The position numbers and the translations under genes are program-made. From Candidatus Haiyanarchaeum thermophilum (GTDB lineage: Archaea; Nanobdellota; Nanobdellia; JAPDLS01; Haiyanarchaeaceae), in the NCBI GenBank assembly GCA_025920425.1, contig JAPDLS010000001.1, forward strand, positions 227,449 through 291,448: a stretch of 64,000 bases of DNA, given 5' to 3'. Numbering within the stretch: position 1 is the first letter of the stretch; every line of letters starts with the position of its first letter. A model generated the notes under the pieces. That model searched no databases and had not been told where the DNA came from. It saw only the letters and a list, made by a program, of their open reading frames with translations. Positions 48,432 to 58,086 of this stretch are shown one piece after another.

Positions 48432-49472
48432 TTAGCACTGGCCTGAAGGAGCTGAACTAGTAGAGCTTAATCTTTGGGCGCATTCGCTCGGTCTTTCTAT
48501 GAAATATCTGCAAACGAAATTCTTGAAACCTTCTGGGGTCCTTTCCCCAGTATATAGATCCCCGTTTACAAATACTGTGGGGGAGCCCCAAGCATTATAG
48601 CTGGCACATGCCTCCTGATCTTTTTGAAGGAAGAAGAAGCCCTCATTTTCGATACATGCATTTATCACGTTCACATTTATTCCTAGTCTCTGCAAACATG
48701 TGTCTGCATTTTTATTTTGATTGAAACAATATACATACTCCCACCACACATTCTCTCCTAGATACTTGTAGATGCACGCCTGTCTTTTGTTCTCGTAAAG
48801 TTCTTGATTCCCATGCATGGCCCAAAGGGTCACATTTATTCCATTTACCTCTCTAGTTTCACATCCATCGTTGGAGGAGCAAGAGGGATAGAGGATAAAG
48901 TAAGGTCTTACTCTTAGCTTATCCTTCAACAAATTCTTAACAGGATAGATAGCATTTTCCATTGCTATTCCGAATGGACAATAACTCATCACAAAGAGAT
49001 CTACATTGACCACTGAAGTCTTATTTAAGTTTTCCTCCACAAATCTACAGGCATTTTCGCTTCCAATTGCCTTACAAATGGTATCTGCAAAATTCTTTTT
49101 GCTTGAGAAATCTACTATCCATACCTTATCATTAGAGTAAAGTAAAGCCACATGTCCCTGCATCCATTCAGCAAAGTACGAATGGAAATTTACTCCAAAT
49201 TCCTCACTCCAACTTCTGAGCTGAGAAACATTACAATACTCTGGAGGGCAATTGGGGTGATAAAGATATGTAATGATTGCACCTTCAACTCTCCCTAATA
49301 CCGCTCCTCCCGTAACACTTGGGGTAAGGTACAAGTAGAGAAAATATGCTAGTACTCCTAAAATTGCGATGACTCCAATTAGGATGATCCACTTAGGAAT
49401 TTTAATTTTAGCTTCACCAACTCCTTCCTTCTTTTCTACCTGTGACTTTCCCTCTTCAGCTGTCATCATCAT
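48432..49472 (-). CDS. Membrane-anchored thioredoxin-fold (DsbA/GILT-like) protein
   Basis: N-terminal TM plus TGGAV, FVMSYCPFG, MHG..E..EN.RQAC, GSPTVFVNG, C-terminal GQC. Confidence 0.8.
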   Translation of the reverse strand: MMMTAEEGKSQVEKKEGVGEAKIKIPKWIILIGVIAILGVLAYFLYLYLTPSVTGGAVLGRVEGAIITYLYHPNCPPEYCNVSQLRSWSEEFGVNFHSYFAEWMQGHVALLYSNDKVWIVDFSSKKNFADTICKAIGSENACRFVEENLNKTSVVNVDLFVMSYCPFGIAMENAIYPVKNLLKDKLRVRPYFILYPSCSSNDGCETREVNGINVTLWAMHGNQELYENKRQACIYKYLGENVWWEYVYCFNQNKNADTCLQRLGINVNVINACIENEGFFFLQKDQEACASYNAWGSPTVFVNGDLYTGERTPEGFKNFVCRYFIERPSECAQRLSSTSSAPSGQC

Positions 49473-49694
49473 CCAGTAACCCCTCCAACTTACAAGGAAC
49501 TCTAATTTATTAATCTTTCGTTATTCAAACTCGTAGAGGGCTATCTTTAAGTCTTAGCATCTCTTAAACTACCACAATCGATTGAACTACAATGTTTAAA
49601 ACATGTTCCCAATTCTCTAGGAGTAAGCTCAGTTCTTCAGCATTTTACCGAATCCTTTATTAAGGAGAAAGAAATAGTAAAGAAGGGAAGTAAA

Positions 49695-49925
49695 ATGGTT
49701 ACAGCATATATCCTCATCGTAGTGGCGCCAGGAAAGGAAAACCAAGTAGCTTCGAGGTTGCTCAAGCTAAGTGAGGTGAAGGACCTAGGAATAGTGTATG
49801 GAGAATATGATATCATCATCAAAGTGGAAGTACCATCGATGGAAGCACTTCAGAACTTTGTACTCAATATAAGGAAGGACAAATCTATTGAGAGGACTTC
49901 AACTATGATAGTAGCCTCCAGATGA
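49695..49925 (+). CDS. Stand-alone Lrp/AsnC ligand-binding (RAM) domain protein
   Basis: AYILI...PGKE, VYGEYDIIIKV, IERTSTMI. Confidence 0.9.
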   Translation: MVTAYILIVVAPGKENQVASRLLKLSEVKDLGIVYGEYDIIIKVEVPSMEALQNFVLNIRKDKSIERTSTMIVASR

Positions 49926-50437
49926 GCTGGGAGGAAGATGTAATCGATGTCTTCCAAACCACTAAAAATCCAATACTAGACTACCTCGCCCTTCTTTTTG
50001 ATTTCTTGTTTTCTGCACCATTCCTCCTACTTATCCTCTGCTTGGCTCTACTTATAAAAAGGGATAAGAAGATTTTCTTAATCTTGTTTGGACTTCTCTT
50101 AAATTACTTGGTAGTGATCATTCTCAAGCTCCTCTTCGCACTTCCTAGACCAGCTGGGAATAGAAGAGATTCCTTTCCCTCAGGCCATACCGCCAATGCC
50201 TTCTTTATAGCTAAAGCCTCATCAAGATACGTTAAATACTCAAGTGGTCCCCTTTACTTTATAGCCTTTCTTGTAGCAATCAGTAGATTATACTTGGCTG
50301 CTCATTATCCTCTGGATGTAATAGGGGGAGCCATCGTAGGATATCTCATAGCTTGGCTTGTCCTGAAATTTGAACGTGAAATATTTGAAATCTTCAAAAC
50401 GATTAGATCAAAGACCAGTCCTAAACGCAAGAAGTAA
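49922..50437 (+). CDS. PAP2-family membrane phosphatase
   Basis: K.....PRP, SFPSGH, SRLYLAAHYPLDV. Confidence 0.92.
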   Translation: MSWEEDVIDVFQTTKNPILDYLALLFDFLFSAPFLLLILCLALLIKRDKKIFLILFGLLLNYLVVIILKLLFALPRPAGNRRDSFPSGHTANAFFIAKASSRYVKYSSGPLYFIAFLVAISRLYLAAHYPLDVIGGAIVGYLIAWLVLKFEREIFEIFKTIRSKTSPKRKK

Positions 50438-50806
50438 ACTGCTCACTCTTTCGCATAGATGATCCATATCTTCCTTAGTGAAGAAAATTGAATATTTTCT
50501 CGAATCAGCTCTGAACTTTGTCCTAGATATTCTCTTAAAATCTCTCTGCAGTAAACTCTTGATATAGAAATATGTCTCCAGGATCTGGATGAGGTTCTCA
50601 TCTATGAGTTGTGGTGAGACCTCATCAAGTATGAAATCCTCACCATACATGGCCTTAGCAAGATAATTGAGAGTATTTAGGAGGAATTGGAGATAATTTT
50701 TGATGCTCTCAGGAGGCAAATGTTCCACCCCCCTCACGATCTTCTTCGCCTTCTCTATTTCCTCCTCAGCCTTTCTAAGTAGTTCCTCCTTTTCCAACCT
50801 TCTCAC
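50408..50806 (-). CDS. Hypothetical helical protein (possibly HEPN-like)
   Basis: Helical-bundle pattern similar to the upstream ORF; start uncertain. Confidence 0.6.
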   Translation of the reverse strand: MRRLEKEELLRKAEEEIEKAKKIVRGVEHLPPESIKNYLQFLLNTLNYLAKAMYGEDFILDEVSPQLIDENLIQILETYFYIKSLLQRDFKRISRTKFRADSRKYSIFFTKEDMDHLCERVSSLLLAFRTGL

Positions 50807-51272
50807 CTATCCAGTTTATCACATCCTTCACTACTTTGTCCAACTCTTCAAGCTTTTTTCTCTCAAGTATACTCAACTCAAAGTCCTTTGAAATTAAAAT
50901 GGTTTTGGTGGCATCTCCCAGAGTAGTTCCTTCCCTCTGAATCGCCCTAATCCTTAACATTTCTCTCAACGTCTCTTTAACCCCTTCCCCTACCTCTCCA
51001 GCATAGTTCTCAATGAAGAAACCTACAGCTAGATCCTCATCCTGAGGAATGAAACCTATGCCCCTATTCCTCCTCTCCACTTCTATAAATTCTCTAGCTG
51101 CCATCACCAATGCCTTATAGAGATGCTCGAAAATTGAGGCATTTATCTTAGGATCGCTCACGAGCTGGGAGGTAATTGCAAGCAGATGTTCAGCTATTCT
51201 CAGTTCCTTTAGAGCTTCTTCCACTTTCTCCAAAAATCGATCAAAAATTTTAAATTTATCCCACATTCTCAA
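50775..51272 (-). CDS. Hypothetical helical protein (possibly HEPN-like)
   Basis: ALKELRIAEHLL..T..LV.DPK..HLYKAL helical pattern. Confidence 0.65.
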   Translation of the reverse strand: MRMWDKFKIFDRFLEKVEEALKELRIAEHLLAITSQLVSDPKINASIFEHLYKALVMAAREFIEVERRNRGIGFIPQDEDLAVGFFIENYAGEVGEGVKETLREMLRIRAIQREGTTLGDATKTILISKDFELSILERKKLEELDKVVKDVINWIGEKVGKGGTT

Positions 51273-51278
51273 TCTTCC

Positions 51279-51794
51279 ATGGTAAGGCTTAAGCCAGCTA
51301 GAGTATATAGAACCCCAAAACGTCCCTATGTGAGGGTATCTAGGCTTAGGGAAAAGAGTTACATTACTGGTGTTCCTCCTCTCAAGTTAAGAGTATTTGA
51401 AATGGGAAATAAGCAGGGTGAATTTGAGAAGAAGGTTTCTCTCGTGAGCAACGCAGAGATGCAGATCAGGGAAAATGCTCTGGAAGCTGCGAGGGTAACA
51501 GCAAATAAATTCTTGGAGAAAAATGCTGGAATAGAAAATTATTTCATGAGGATCAATGTCTATCCCCATCAAGTGTTGAGAGAACATTCATTCGCTACTG
51601 TGGCTGGAGCAGATAGATTTCAAAGAGGTATGAGTCTTGCCTTCGGCAAACCCTGTGGAAGAGCTGCTAGGGTAAGAAAGGATCAAGAGCTCATCATCGT
51701 AAAGACAAGCGAAAAGTATGTAGAGATTGCTAAGGAAGCTCTGAAGAGGGCTGCCGCTAAGCTACCTGGCAATTGCAAAGTAGTAATAAGTTAG
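51279..51794 (+). CDS. rpl10e: 50S ribosomal protein L10e (uL16)
   Basis: QIRENALEAARV, YPHQVLREH, GADRFQRGMSLAFGKP, AAAKLP. Confidence 0.96.
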   Translation: MVRLKPARVYRTPKRPYVRVSRLREKSYITGVPPLKLRVFEMGNKQGEFEKKVSLVSNAEMQIRENALEAARVTANKFLEKNAGIENYFMRINVYPHQVLREHSFATVAGADRFQRGMSLAFGKPCGRAARVRKDQELIIVKTSEKYVEIAKEALKRAAAKLPGNCKVVIS

Positions 51795-51835
51795 AAAAAT
51801 TTATTTATTGAAGTCTTTCCTACTTATTTCCATAT

Positions 51836-54211
51836 ATGGAAAAGCTTGAGGAAAAATACATTGTATGGAATAAAGAAGTTGGTAAGGAAGATGTAAGAAT
51901 TGCAGGAGGAAAAGGTGCTAACCTAGGAGAACTGTTGAGAGCAGGCCTCCCAGTTCCTCCATTCTTCATCGTCACAGCGAAGGCTTATAGGGACTTTATC
52001 GAGAGTACTCATCTGAAGGAAAAAATAGAGGAACTTTTAAGTCAACTGAATGTAGACGATACTCAGGCTCTCCAACTTACCTCGTCTAGGATTCAGGAGT
52101 TGATCATAACTACACCTCTTCCCGAGGAGATAAAAAGTGCTATCATCGAGGCCTACAAAATGCTAGGAGCAGGTGGGCCAGAGAGGTATGTTCCTATGAG
52201 TTTGAAGGTCCTAGACATCCTAAAGTTAAGTAGGGAAATTCCATTCGTAGCCATAAGAAGCTCTGCTACTGCAGAGGATCTACCTAGCGCATCTTTCGCT
52301 GGTCAACAGGCAACTTTCCTGAATGTACGTGGAGAAAGTGAGGTGGTAGAAGGAGTGCAAAAGTGTTGGGCAAGCCTATTCTCAGCTAGGGCCATCTTCT
52401 ATCGAGCGAAGCATGGCTTTAAGCATATGCAGGTAGAAATAGCGGTAATCGTTCAAAAAATGGTAAACTCAGAAAAGTCTGGAGTAGCGTTCTCATGTGA
52501 TCCTGTAACAGGAGATCTTAGTAAAATTGTAATAGAAGCTGGTTTCGGGCTTGGGGAAGCTATCGTGAGCGGAGAGATAAATCCAGATCTTTATTTAGTA
52601 GATAAGCAGAGTTTACAAATCCTGAAAAAGGAGGTGAAGGAGCAGAAGATATTGAGAACTAGAGATCCCTATACTGGCAAAAATGTTACCTTAGTAGTGC
52701 CTTCTGAGAAACAGAATTCCCAGAAGTTGAGTGATGAGGAGATAGTCGAACTGGCCAAGGTAATCAGAAGTATTGAGGAGTATTACAGATTTCCCCAAGA
52801 TGTGGAGTGGGCCATCGAAGATGGTAAGATCTACATAGTCCAAACTAGGCCAGTAACCACTCTACAGAAAGTGAAGGAAATGAAAGGTAAGGAAATGGAA
52901 GTGAAGGGTAGGGAGATCTTAAAAGGTTTACCTGCCTCTCCTGGAATCGCAAGTGGAATAGTAAGGCTCATCCTCGACCCATCCCAGCTCCACAGATTGA
53001 ATCCTGGAGAGGTCCTAGTAACCAAGATGACCAACCCAGACTACGTACCTGCTATGAGGAAAGCAGCAGCCATTATTACAGATGAAGGAGGGCTTACTTG
53101 CCATGCTGCAATCGTTTCAAGGGAACTAGGGATTCCATGCATCGTAGGTACTGGAAATGCAACTGCCTTACTTCAGGACGGGGAGCTTGTGACTGTAGAT
53201 GCCATAAATGGGGCAGTATATAAAGGAATCATAGAGGTGCCATCTGAGAGGAAGAAAATGGTTAGCCTTGAGGAGGTGAAGGGGCTTAAAACAAAGACTA
53301 AGATCTACATGAATTTAGGAGTACCTGAGAAGATAGATGAATATAAGGACTTACCATTCGATGGAATAGGGCTGATGAGAATAGAATTCATCATAGCTAG
53401 CTATATAGGAGAACATCCAAACTATCTGCTTGAGAAAGGTGAGGGGGAGAAATATGTAAATAAACTCGCAGAAGGCATAGCTAAGGTAGCCCAAGCTGTA
53501 GCACCTAGACCTGTAGTAGTTAGATTCTCAGATTTCAAAACAAATGAATATAGAGATCTCAAGGGAGGAGAAAAATATGAGCCCCAAGAAGCCAATCCCA
53601 TGCTTGGATGGAGAGGAGTCTCAAGATACATCTCAAATGAATTTGAAAACGCCTTTAGGTTAGAGTGTAAGGCAATTAGAAAGGTGAGGGAAGAATTTAA
53701 GTTGAGGAATGTATGGGTAATGCTACCATTCGTGAGGACCACTTGGGAAGTGGAAAAATGTATTAAGATCATGGAGGAGGAGGGATTGAAAAGAAGCGAG
53801 GATTTCCAAATTTGGCTCATGGCGGAAGTGCCAAGCATCATCTTCTTGGCAGACGAATTCAGTAAGCTATGTGATGGTTTCAGTATAGGCTCAAACGATC
53901 TTACCCAACTCATCTTAGGAGCTGATAGAGACTCTCAGATTCTCGGAAAGATGGGTTACTTCGATGAAAGGAATGCTGCTGTGCTCAGAGCCATGAAACA
54001 CTTGATTCAAGTAGCCCACCAGTTCGGAAAAACTGTCTCAATCTGCGGTCAAAGTGTAAGCGTTTATCCAGAGATCAACGAGTTCCTAGTTAGATGTGGA
54101 ATAGATTCAATTTCAGTAAATCCAGACGCAGTTATAGAAGCTAGGAAGCACATTTATGAAATTGAGGAGAAGCTAGCTATGGAAAAGCTAGCTGCTGAGT
54201 TCAGATTCTGA
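51836..54211 (+). CDS. ppsA: Phosphoenolpyruvate synthase
   Basis: GGKGANLGEL, RSSATAED, SFAGQQ.T, GGLTCHAAIVSRE, EANPMLGWRG, SIGSNDLTQ. Confidence 0.96.
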   Translation: MEKLEEKYIVWNKEVGKEDVRIAGGKGANLGELLRAGLPVPPFFIVTAKAYRDFIESTHLKEKIEELLSQLNVDDTQALQLTSSRIQELIITTPLPEEIKSAIIEAYKMLGAGGPERYVPMSLKVLDILKLSREIPFVAIRSSATAEDLPSASFAGQQATFLNVRGESEVVEGVQKCWASLFSARAIFYRAKHGFKHMQVEIAVIVQKMVNSEKSGVAFSCDPVTGDLSKIVIEAGFGLGEAIVSGEINPDLYLVDKQSLQILKKEVKEQKILRTRDPYTGKNVTLVVPSEKQNSQKLSDEEIVELAKVIRSIEEYYRFPQDVEWAIEDGKIYIVQTRPVTTLQKVKEMKGKEMEVKGREILKGLPASPGIASGIVRLILDPSQLHRLNPGEVLVTKMTNPDYVPAMRKAAAIITDEGGLTCHAAIVSRELGIPCIVGTGNATALLQDGELVTVDAINGAVYKGIIEVPSERKKMVSLEEVKGLKTKTKIYMNLGVPEKIDEYKDLPFDGIGLMRIEFIIASYIGEHPNYLLEKGEGEKYVNKLAEGIAKVAQAVAPRPVVVRFSDFKTNEYRDLKGGEKYEPQEANPMLGWRGVSRYISNEFENAFRLECKAIRKVREEFKLRNVWVMLPFVRTTWEVEKCIKIMEEEGLKRSEDFQIWLMAEVPSIIFLADEFSKLCDGFSIGSNDLTQLILGADRDSQILGKMGYFDERNAAVLRAMKHLIQVAHQFGKTVSICGQSVSVYPEINEFLVRCGIDSISVNPDAVIEARKHIYEIEEKLAMEKLAAEFRF

Positions 54212-54913
54212 ATGATTCTTGGAAATCAATTCAACATATTCTAAGATTTCATCTCTAGATATTGAGCATCCATTTAATTTAAGGGAAGTAAGTGCTCCTC
54301 TCAGAAACCTCTTTCTAATCCATCCATCTACTCCACAACCAGCGAGAAAGTCGGTAAATACCCCTCTCCTATAAGAGATCATGAGGAGCTCTGCTGATCT
54401 GAAGATCAGAAAATCTCCATAATTTTTCTTCAACTCCTCCAACCTCTCATTCCTTATCTCAATAGGGGTATGCAATTTCCTTTCCATTAAGCGCTTCAGA
54501 GCAATTGGATCTTCAAGTAGAATTCTCATAGTTTTCTCATCAACACAAAGATTCTTAGTACCAACGATTTTAGAGAGAGCAACAACTTCAGCCTCCCCAT
54601 AGTGAATGAGCTTAAGGCTTCTCCCCCTAGCTACGAATAAATTATTAGCAAGATCTAGAAACCTAGAGGCAAAACCTTGAATTCGAGCATCATCCACCAC
54701 TTCGATTATTCCTTCCCCTATATAATTGAGAATCCTAATCCCATCCAGTTGATAATTGGGATTCGTTAGGGAGATATCTACCACTTCCTCCTTCACTTTT
54801 CTTGGAATTACGAATCTCACATGGGCAATTTCCTTCAACTTCTTGAGGATCCAAAGGAGACATGTGGTAGAGAGGCTTATAATTGAACTAGAATCCAAGA
54901 CTATTGTCCTCAT
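54188..54913 (-). CDS. PIN-domain protein
   Basis: VLDSSSIISL, IPRKVKEE, HYGEAE, VDEKTMR. Confidence 0.8.
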   Translation of the reverse strand: MRTIVLDSSSIISLSTTCLLWILKKLKEIAHVRFVIPRKVKEEVVDISLTNPNYQLDGIRILNYIGEGIIEVVDDARIQGFASRFLDLANNLFVARGRSLKLIHYGEAEVVALSKIVGTKNLCVDEKTMRILLEDPIALKRLMERKLHTPIEIRNERLEELKKNYGDFLIFRSAELLMISYRRGVFTDFLAGCGVDGWIRKRFLRGALTSLKLNGCSISRDEILEYVELISKNHSESELSS

Positions 54914-54914
54914 T

Positions 54915-55514
54915 TTACTTGAAAATTTCCTCCAGCTCCTTTAGCCTCTTCCTCAGATCCTTTATCTTACTTTCATCCACATCATGGACTTTGGTCTTTC
55001 CAGCATACTGCATGAGCTCCCACTCACTTAAGCCAAGCAGTTCAGCAGCCTTTCCTATACTTAGTCCATGCTCATATACTTTGCTTGCCTTCTTCAATCT
55101 AGCCTTATGTAATACTTCTTCCATATAGTCTGAAAAATGAGAATCCACTTGGGCTATCTTCCCTCTCACTTTCCCACATTCTATTAAAAATTCCTCAAAT
55201 TCCCCTCGCTCTAATAAAGAGCTAAGTTTCTCTAACTCTTCTTTCATCTCCCTTACAAAAGCTGACAGCTCTCTTTCCTCTTGCTTGAGCTTCCATCTTT
55301 CCAATGTTTTGGAGATGGCATATACGATGACTGCTGCATTGGTAGCATATTTGTCTTGATATATGGTCATGCTGTGAATTACTTTATTGCTACAATCTTT
55401 CAACTCATTTATTTTACCAGCCTGCAGTAGCGTTCTAGCCTCATTTAACATTTGAACTATATCTCTTCTCTCCTCCTCTTCTAACTCCATATTTATAATG
55501 TCCTTCTCCCCCAT
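54915..55514 (-). CDS. Protein with C-terminal UPF0175-like HTH
   Basis: VYEHGLSIGKAAELLGLSEWELMQY. Confidence 0.72.
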   Translation of the reverse strand: MGEKDIINMELEEEERRDIVQMLNEARTLLQAGKINELKDCSNKVIHSMTIYQDKYATNAAVIVYAISKTLERWKLKQEERELSAFVREMKEELEKLSSLLERGEFEEFLIECGKVRGKIAQVDSHFSDYMEEVLHKARLKKASKVYEHGLSIGKAAELLGLSEWELMQYAGKTKVHDVDESKIKDLRKRLKELEEIFK

Positions 55515-55562
55515 AAAATATTTTTCTAAAGAAATATTAAATCGCTACAAGAATCGCCAAGC

Positions 55563-56060
55563 TCAAACCTTGAATTCGAGATCATCAGAATAAAAAATGT
55601 TTGAAAAAACAGGTTCTCCATCTTTCTTGATCAACGCTATATAGTATCTTGGGTATTGAATTGCCCTTCCATCCAAAAGTTTCTTCTTCCAAGACCTACT
55701 TGATCCCCTTGCGCTGAATTCCTTTCTATCATAGCCAGTAGCTGCATCTAATCTTGGAGGTAGTGTGAACTTTACATTCCCATACACCACTATTAGTTCA
55801 GGTAGAGTAAAGTCAGAGATGAGGCCTTTTTGCTTAAGCCGTGTAGCTACTTGGTAAACTATCGTATTACTTCGCTTGAGAATTCTCCCTAATTGTGCTA
55901 ACTTTGGAGTTCTCCCTCCCAAATTCTCCTCAATTATAGCTCCCAGTAACTTCTTTTCGAGAGGGGAGAGTCTCTTTTGCCCCACCTCCAGAAAATCTAC
56001 AAGTTCCTTAGAGATCTTTCCCTCTTTGATTTGTTGAAGCAATTTCACACCCTCTATCAT
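55563..56060 (-). CDS. Winged-helix domain protein
   Basis: LSPLEKKLL..PKLAQLGRILKRSNTIVYQVATRLKQKGLI; ATGA-coupled to rnz. Confidence 0.65.
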   Translation of the reverse strand: MIEGVKLLQQIKEGKISKELVDFLEVGQKRLSPLEKKLLGAIIEENLGGRTPKLAQLGRILKRSNTIVYQVATRLKQKGLISDFTLPELIVVYGNVKFTLPPRLDAATGYDRKEFSARGSSRSWKKKLLDGRAIQYPRYYIALIKKDGEPVFSNIFYSDDLEFKV

Positions 56061-56962
56061 TTCAATTCCACCTTCATAAAATCGTAGGCTAGTTCTACTT
56101 CCTTAAATACTTGTCTCGCCTCTTCCAGCAATACTTTAGGGTCTGCATATCTCTGAGAGAAATGAAAGAGAATTAGCTTCTTCGCTCCAGCTTCCTTAGC
56201 TATTTTGGCTGCTTCCTCTGCAGTAAGATGATAATACTCTTGAGCTAGCTCGGAGTCCTTTTTACTGTAACATGCCTCACAGATGATGAGGTCTGCATCT
56301 TTACAATACTCAGTTAATTTATCAAAATATTTTGTATCTGGAATATAGCAAATCTTCTTACCCTTTACTATATAAGTTGCATCTTCTGCCCTTATGAGCT
56401 TCCCTTTCCAAACTATATCTTCCCCAGCCTGCAGTTTTTTCATAATTGGATGTTGCACCAATCCATACTTCTTCGTATACTCTACTTTAATTTTTCTCCT
56501 ACTATTTTCTTGAAAAACGAATCCCAAGCATGGAATTAAATGCAGTAGTGGAAATGCTAAAATCTTAAATCGTTCGGCCACATAGATCTCTTGCAGATCT
56601 GCAACATTAATGTCATGACAACTTATCTCAAAATTTCTATAGAACGAAAATGCATTCAACAAGGATTTGACTCTTTTTTGAGTATCATCCGGCCCATAGA
56701 TCTCCAGCATCTCCCTCCTCTTACTTGCACTTAGACTTTGAATTATCCCCCCTAGACCGAGGGCATGATCTCCATGCCAATGGGAAATGAATATCCTCTT
56801 TATTTTTACTCCACTGATCCCAGCTATTCTCATCTGCCTTTGGGTCCCCTCTCCGCAGTCAAATAGCATCCTTTCTCCCTCATATCTCAAGTAAATGGAA
56901 GTATGATTCCTCTCCTTGGTGGGGAACATACTGCTCGTCCCTAGAAAAACTATCTCTATCAT
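56057..56962 (-). CDS. rnz: Ribonuclease Z
   Basis: FLGTS..PTKERN, DCGEGTQRQ, SHWHGDH, flexible arm, HFSQRY. Confidence 0.96.
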   Translation of the reverse strand: MIEIVFLGTSSMFPTKERNHTSIYLRYEGERMLFDCGEGTQRQMRIAGISGVKIKRIFISHWHGDHALGLGGIIQSLSASKRREMLEIYGPDDTQKRVKSLLNAFSFYRNFEISCHDINVADLQEIYVAERFKILAFPLLHLIPCLGFVFQENSRRKIKVEYTKKYGLVQHPIMKKLQAGEDIVWKGKLIRAEDATYIVKGKKICYIPDTKYFDKLTEYCKDADLIICEACYSKKDSELAQEYYHLTAEEAAKIAKEAGAKKLILFHFSQRYADPKVLLEEARQVFKEVELAYDFMKVELK

Positions 56963-57038
56963 TGAAGATTATATCCTCCAAAAAAACAAAAACTTTTTGA
57001 TTGATAAACTTAAAAAGCTAAATCATCCTAGAATAAGT

Positions 57039-57929
57039 ATGCAGGAAGTAATGATCGTCATGCTTGCTCTATGCTTTTTCCTACTCTTATACTTCCTCTT
57101 CACAAATCCCATCCTAGTATATTTCCTACTTCTCGCCGTGATCCTTTGGGCATTTTTTACCTTCTTCGTGAAGAAGTATGATGAGTATGAGAGAGCCGTG
57201 ATCTTCAGGCTCGGAAGGTTCAATCGAATAGCTGGCCCAGGATGGAGCATAGTAATTCCCTTTTTCGAGAAGGAATTTGCTAGACTCGATGTAAGGACTA
57301 AGATGCTCAGCTTAAACATTCCCCAAGCATTTACTAAGGATGATCTAAGATTAGCCATAAGCGGTTTCATCTATTATAGGATAGTTGATCCTAGTAAGGC
57401 TGTTTTAAGAGTAGAGAACTATCAATTTGCAATCACGAATTTGATCCAATCTGAAACTAGGAACGTGATTGGCTCGCTTTACATGAGGGAGGTATTCGCC
57501 AATCTAGATAAGCTGAATGACATGATAGCTGAGAGGGTAAGACTAGCTACATGGAAATGGGGGATCGATGTAAGCTCGGTACAAATAAGGAGTGTTTCCC
57601 CGCCAGAGGAGGTAGCTATAGCAATGCAGGAAAAGTTCGTGAGAGCTGAACTCCTCCAAGCAGCCAAATTTAGGGCAGAAGCGAGGAAGGTAGCAATTGA
57701 AGCAATTGGGGAGGCAGCGACCAAGCTGGATGATAGAGCTATAATGTATCTCTATATCAAAGCACTCGAGGAAATCAGCAAGGGAACTGCGACCAAAATC
57801 ATATTTCCTCTCCAGTTCTTCGATGTACTCAGAGATATGGAAAAAGACATAGGAAAGGCACTTGCTGGACTTAACGTAGGAGCTCTCGTTAATGCTATGA
57901 AGGATAAGATCTTGGAAGCAACAAAATAA
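57039..57929 (+). CDS. SPFH/stomatin (band 7) protein
   Basis: N-terminal TMs, EYERAVIFRLG, GPG, TKD, WGIDV. Confidence 0.92.
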   Translation: MQEVMIVMLALCFFLLLYFLFTNPILVYFLLLAVILWAFFTFFVKKYDEYERAVIFRLGRFNRIAGPGWSIVIPFFEKEFARLDVRTKMLSLNIPQAFTKDDLRLAISGFIYYRIVDPSKAVLRVENYQFAITNLIQSETRNVIGSLYMREVFANLDKLNDMIAERVRLATWKWGIDVSSVQIRSVSPPEEVAIAMQEKFVRAELLQAAKFRAEARKVAIEAIGEAATKLDDRAIMYLYIKALEEISKGTATKIIFPLQFFDVLRDMEKDIGKALAGLNVGALVNAMKDKILEATK

Positions 57930-57958
57930 AAATAAGAACAAGGATTTAAAAGAAAGTG

Positions 57959-57985
57959 TTATTTCTTCTTTTTCTTCTTAGCCAT
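57959..57985 (-). other. Candidate micro-ORF MAKKKKKK
   Basis: ATG GCT AAG AAG AAA AAG AAG AAA TAA, with GGGCGA just upstream, a TTTATA box about 35 nt upstream and a T-rich tract downstream. Confidence 0.4.
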
Positions 57986-58086
57986 TTTCGCCCAATTAAA
58001 TACATTCAGAATCTTTGATATAAATTTTTTTATGTTAAAGCATATAATTTATCAACATTTTTAAAATCCAGAAGCTTGGGGATAGC

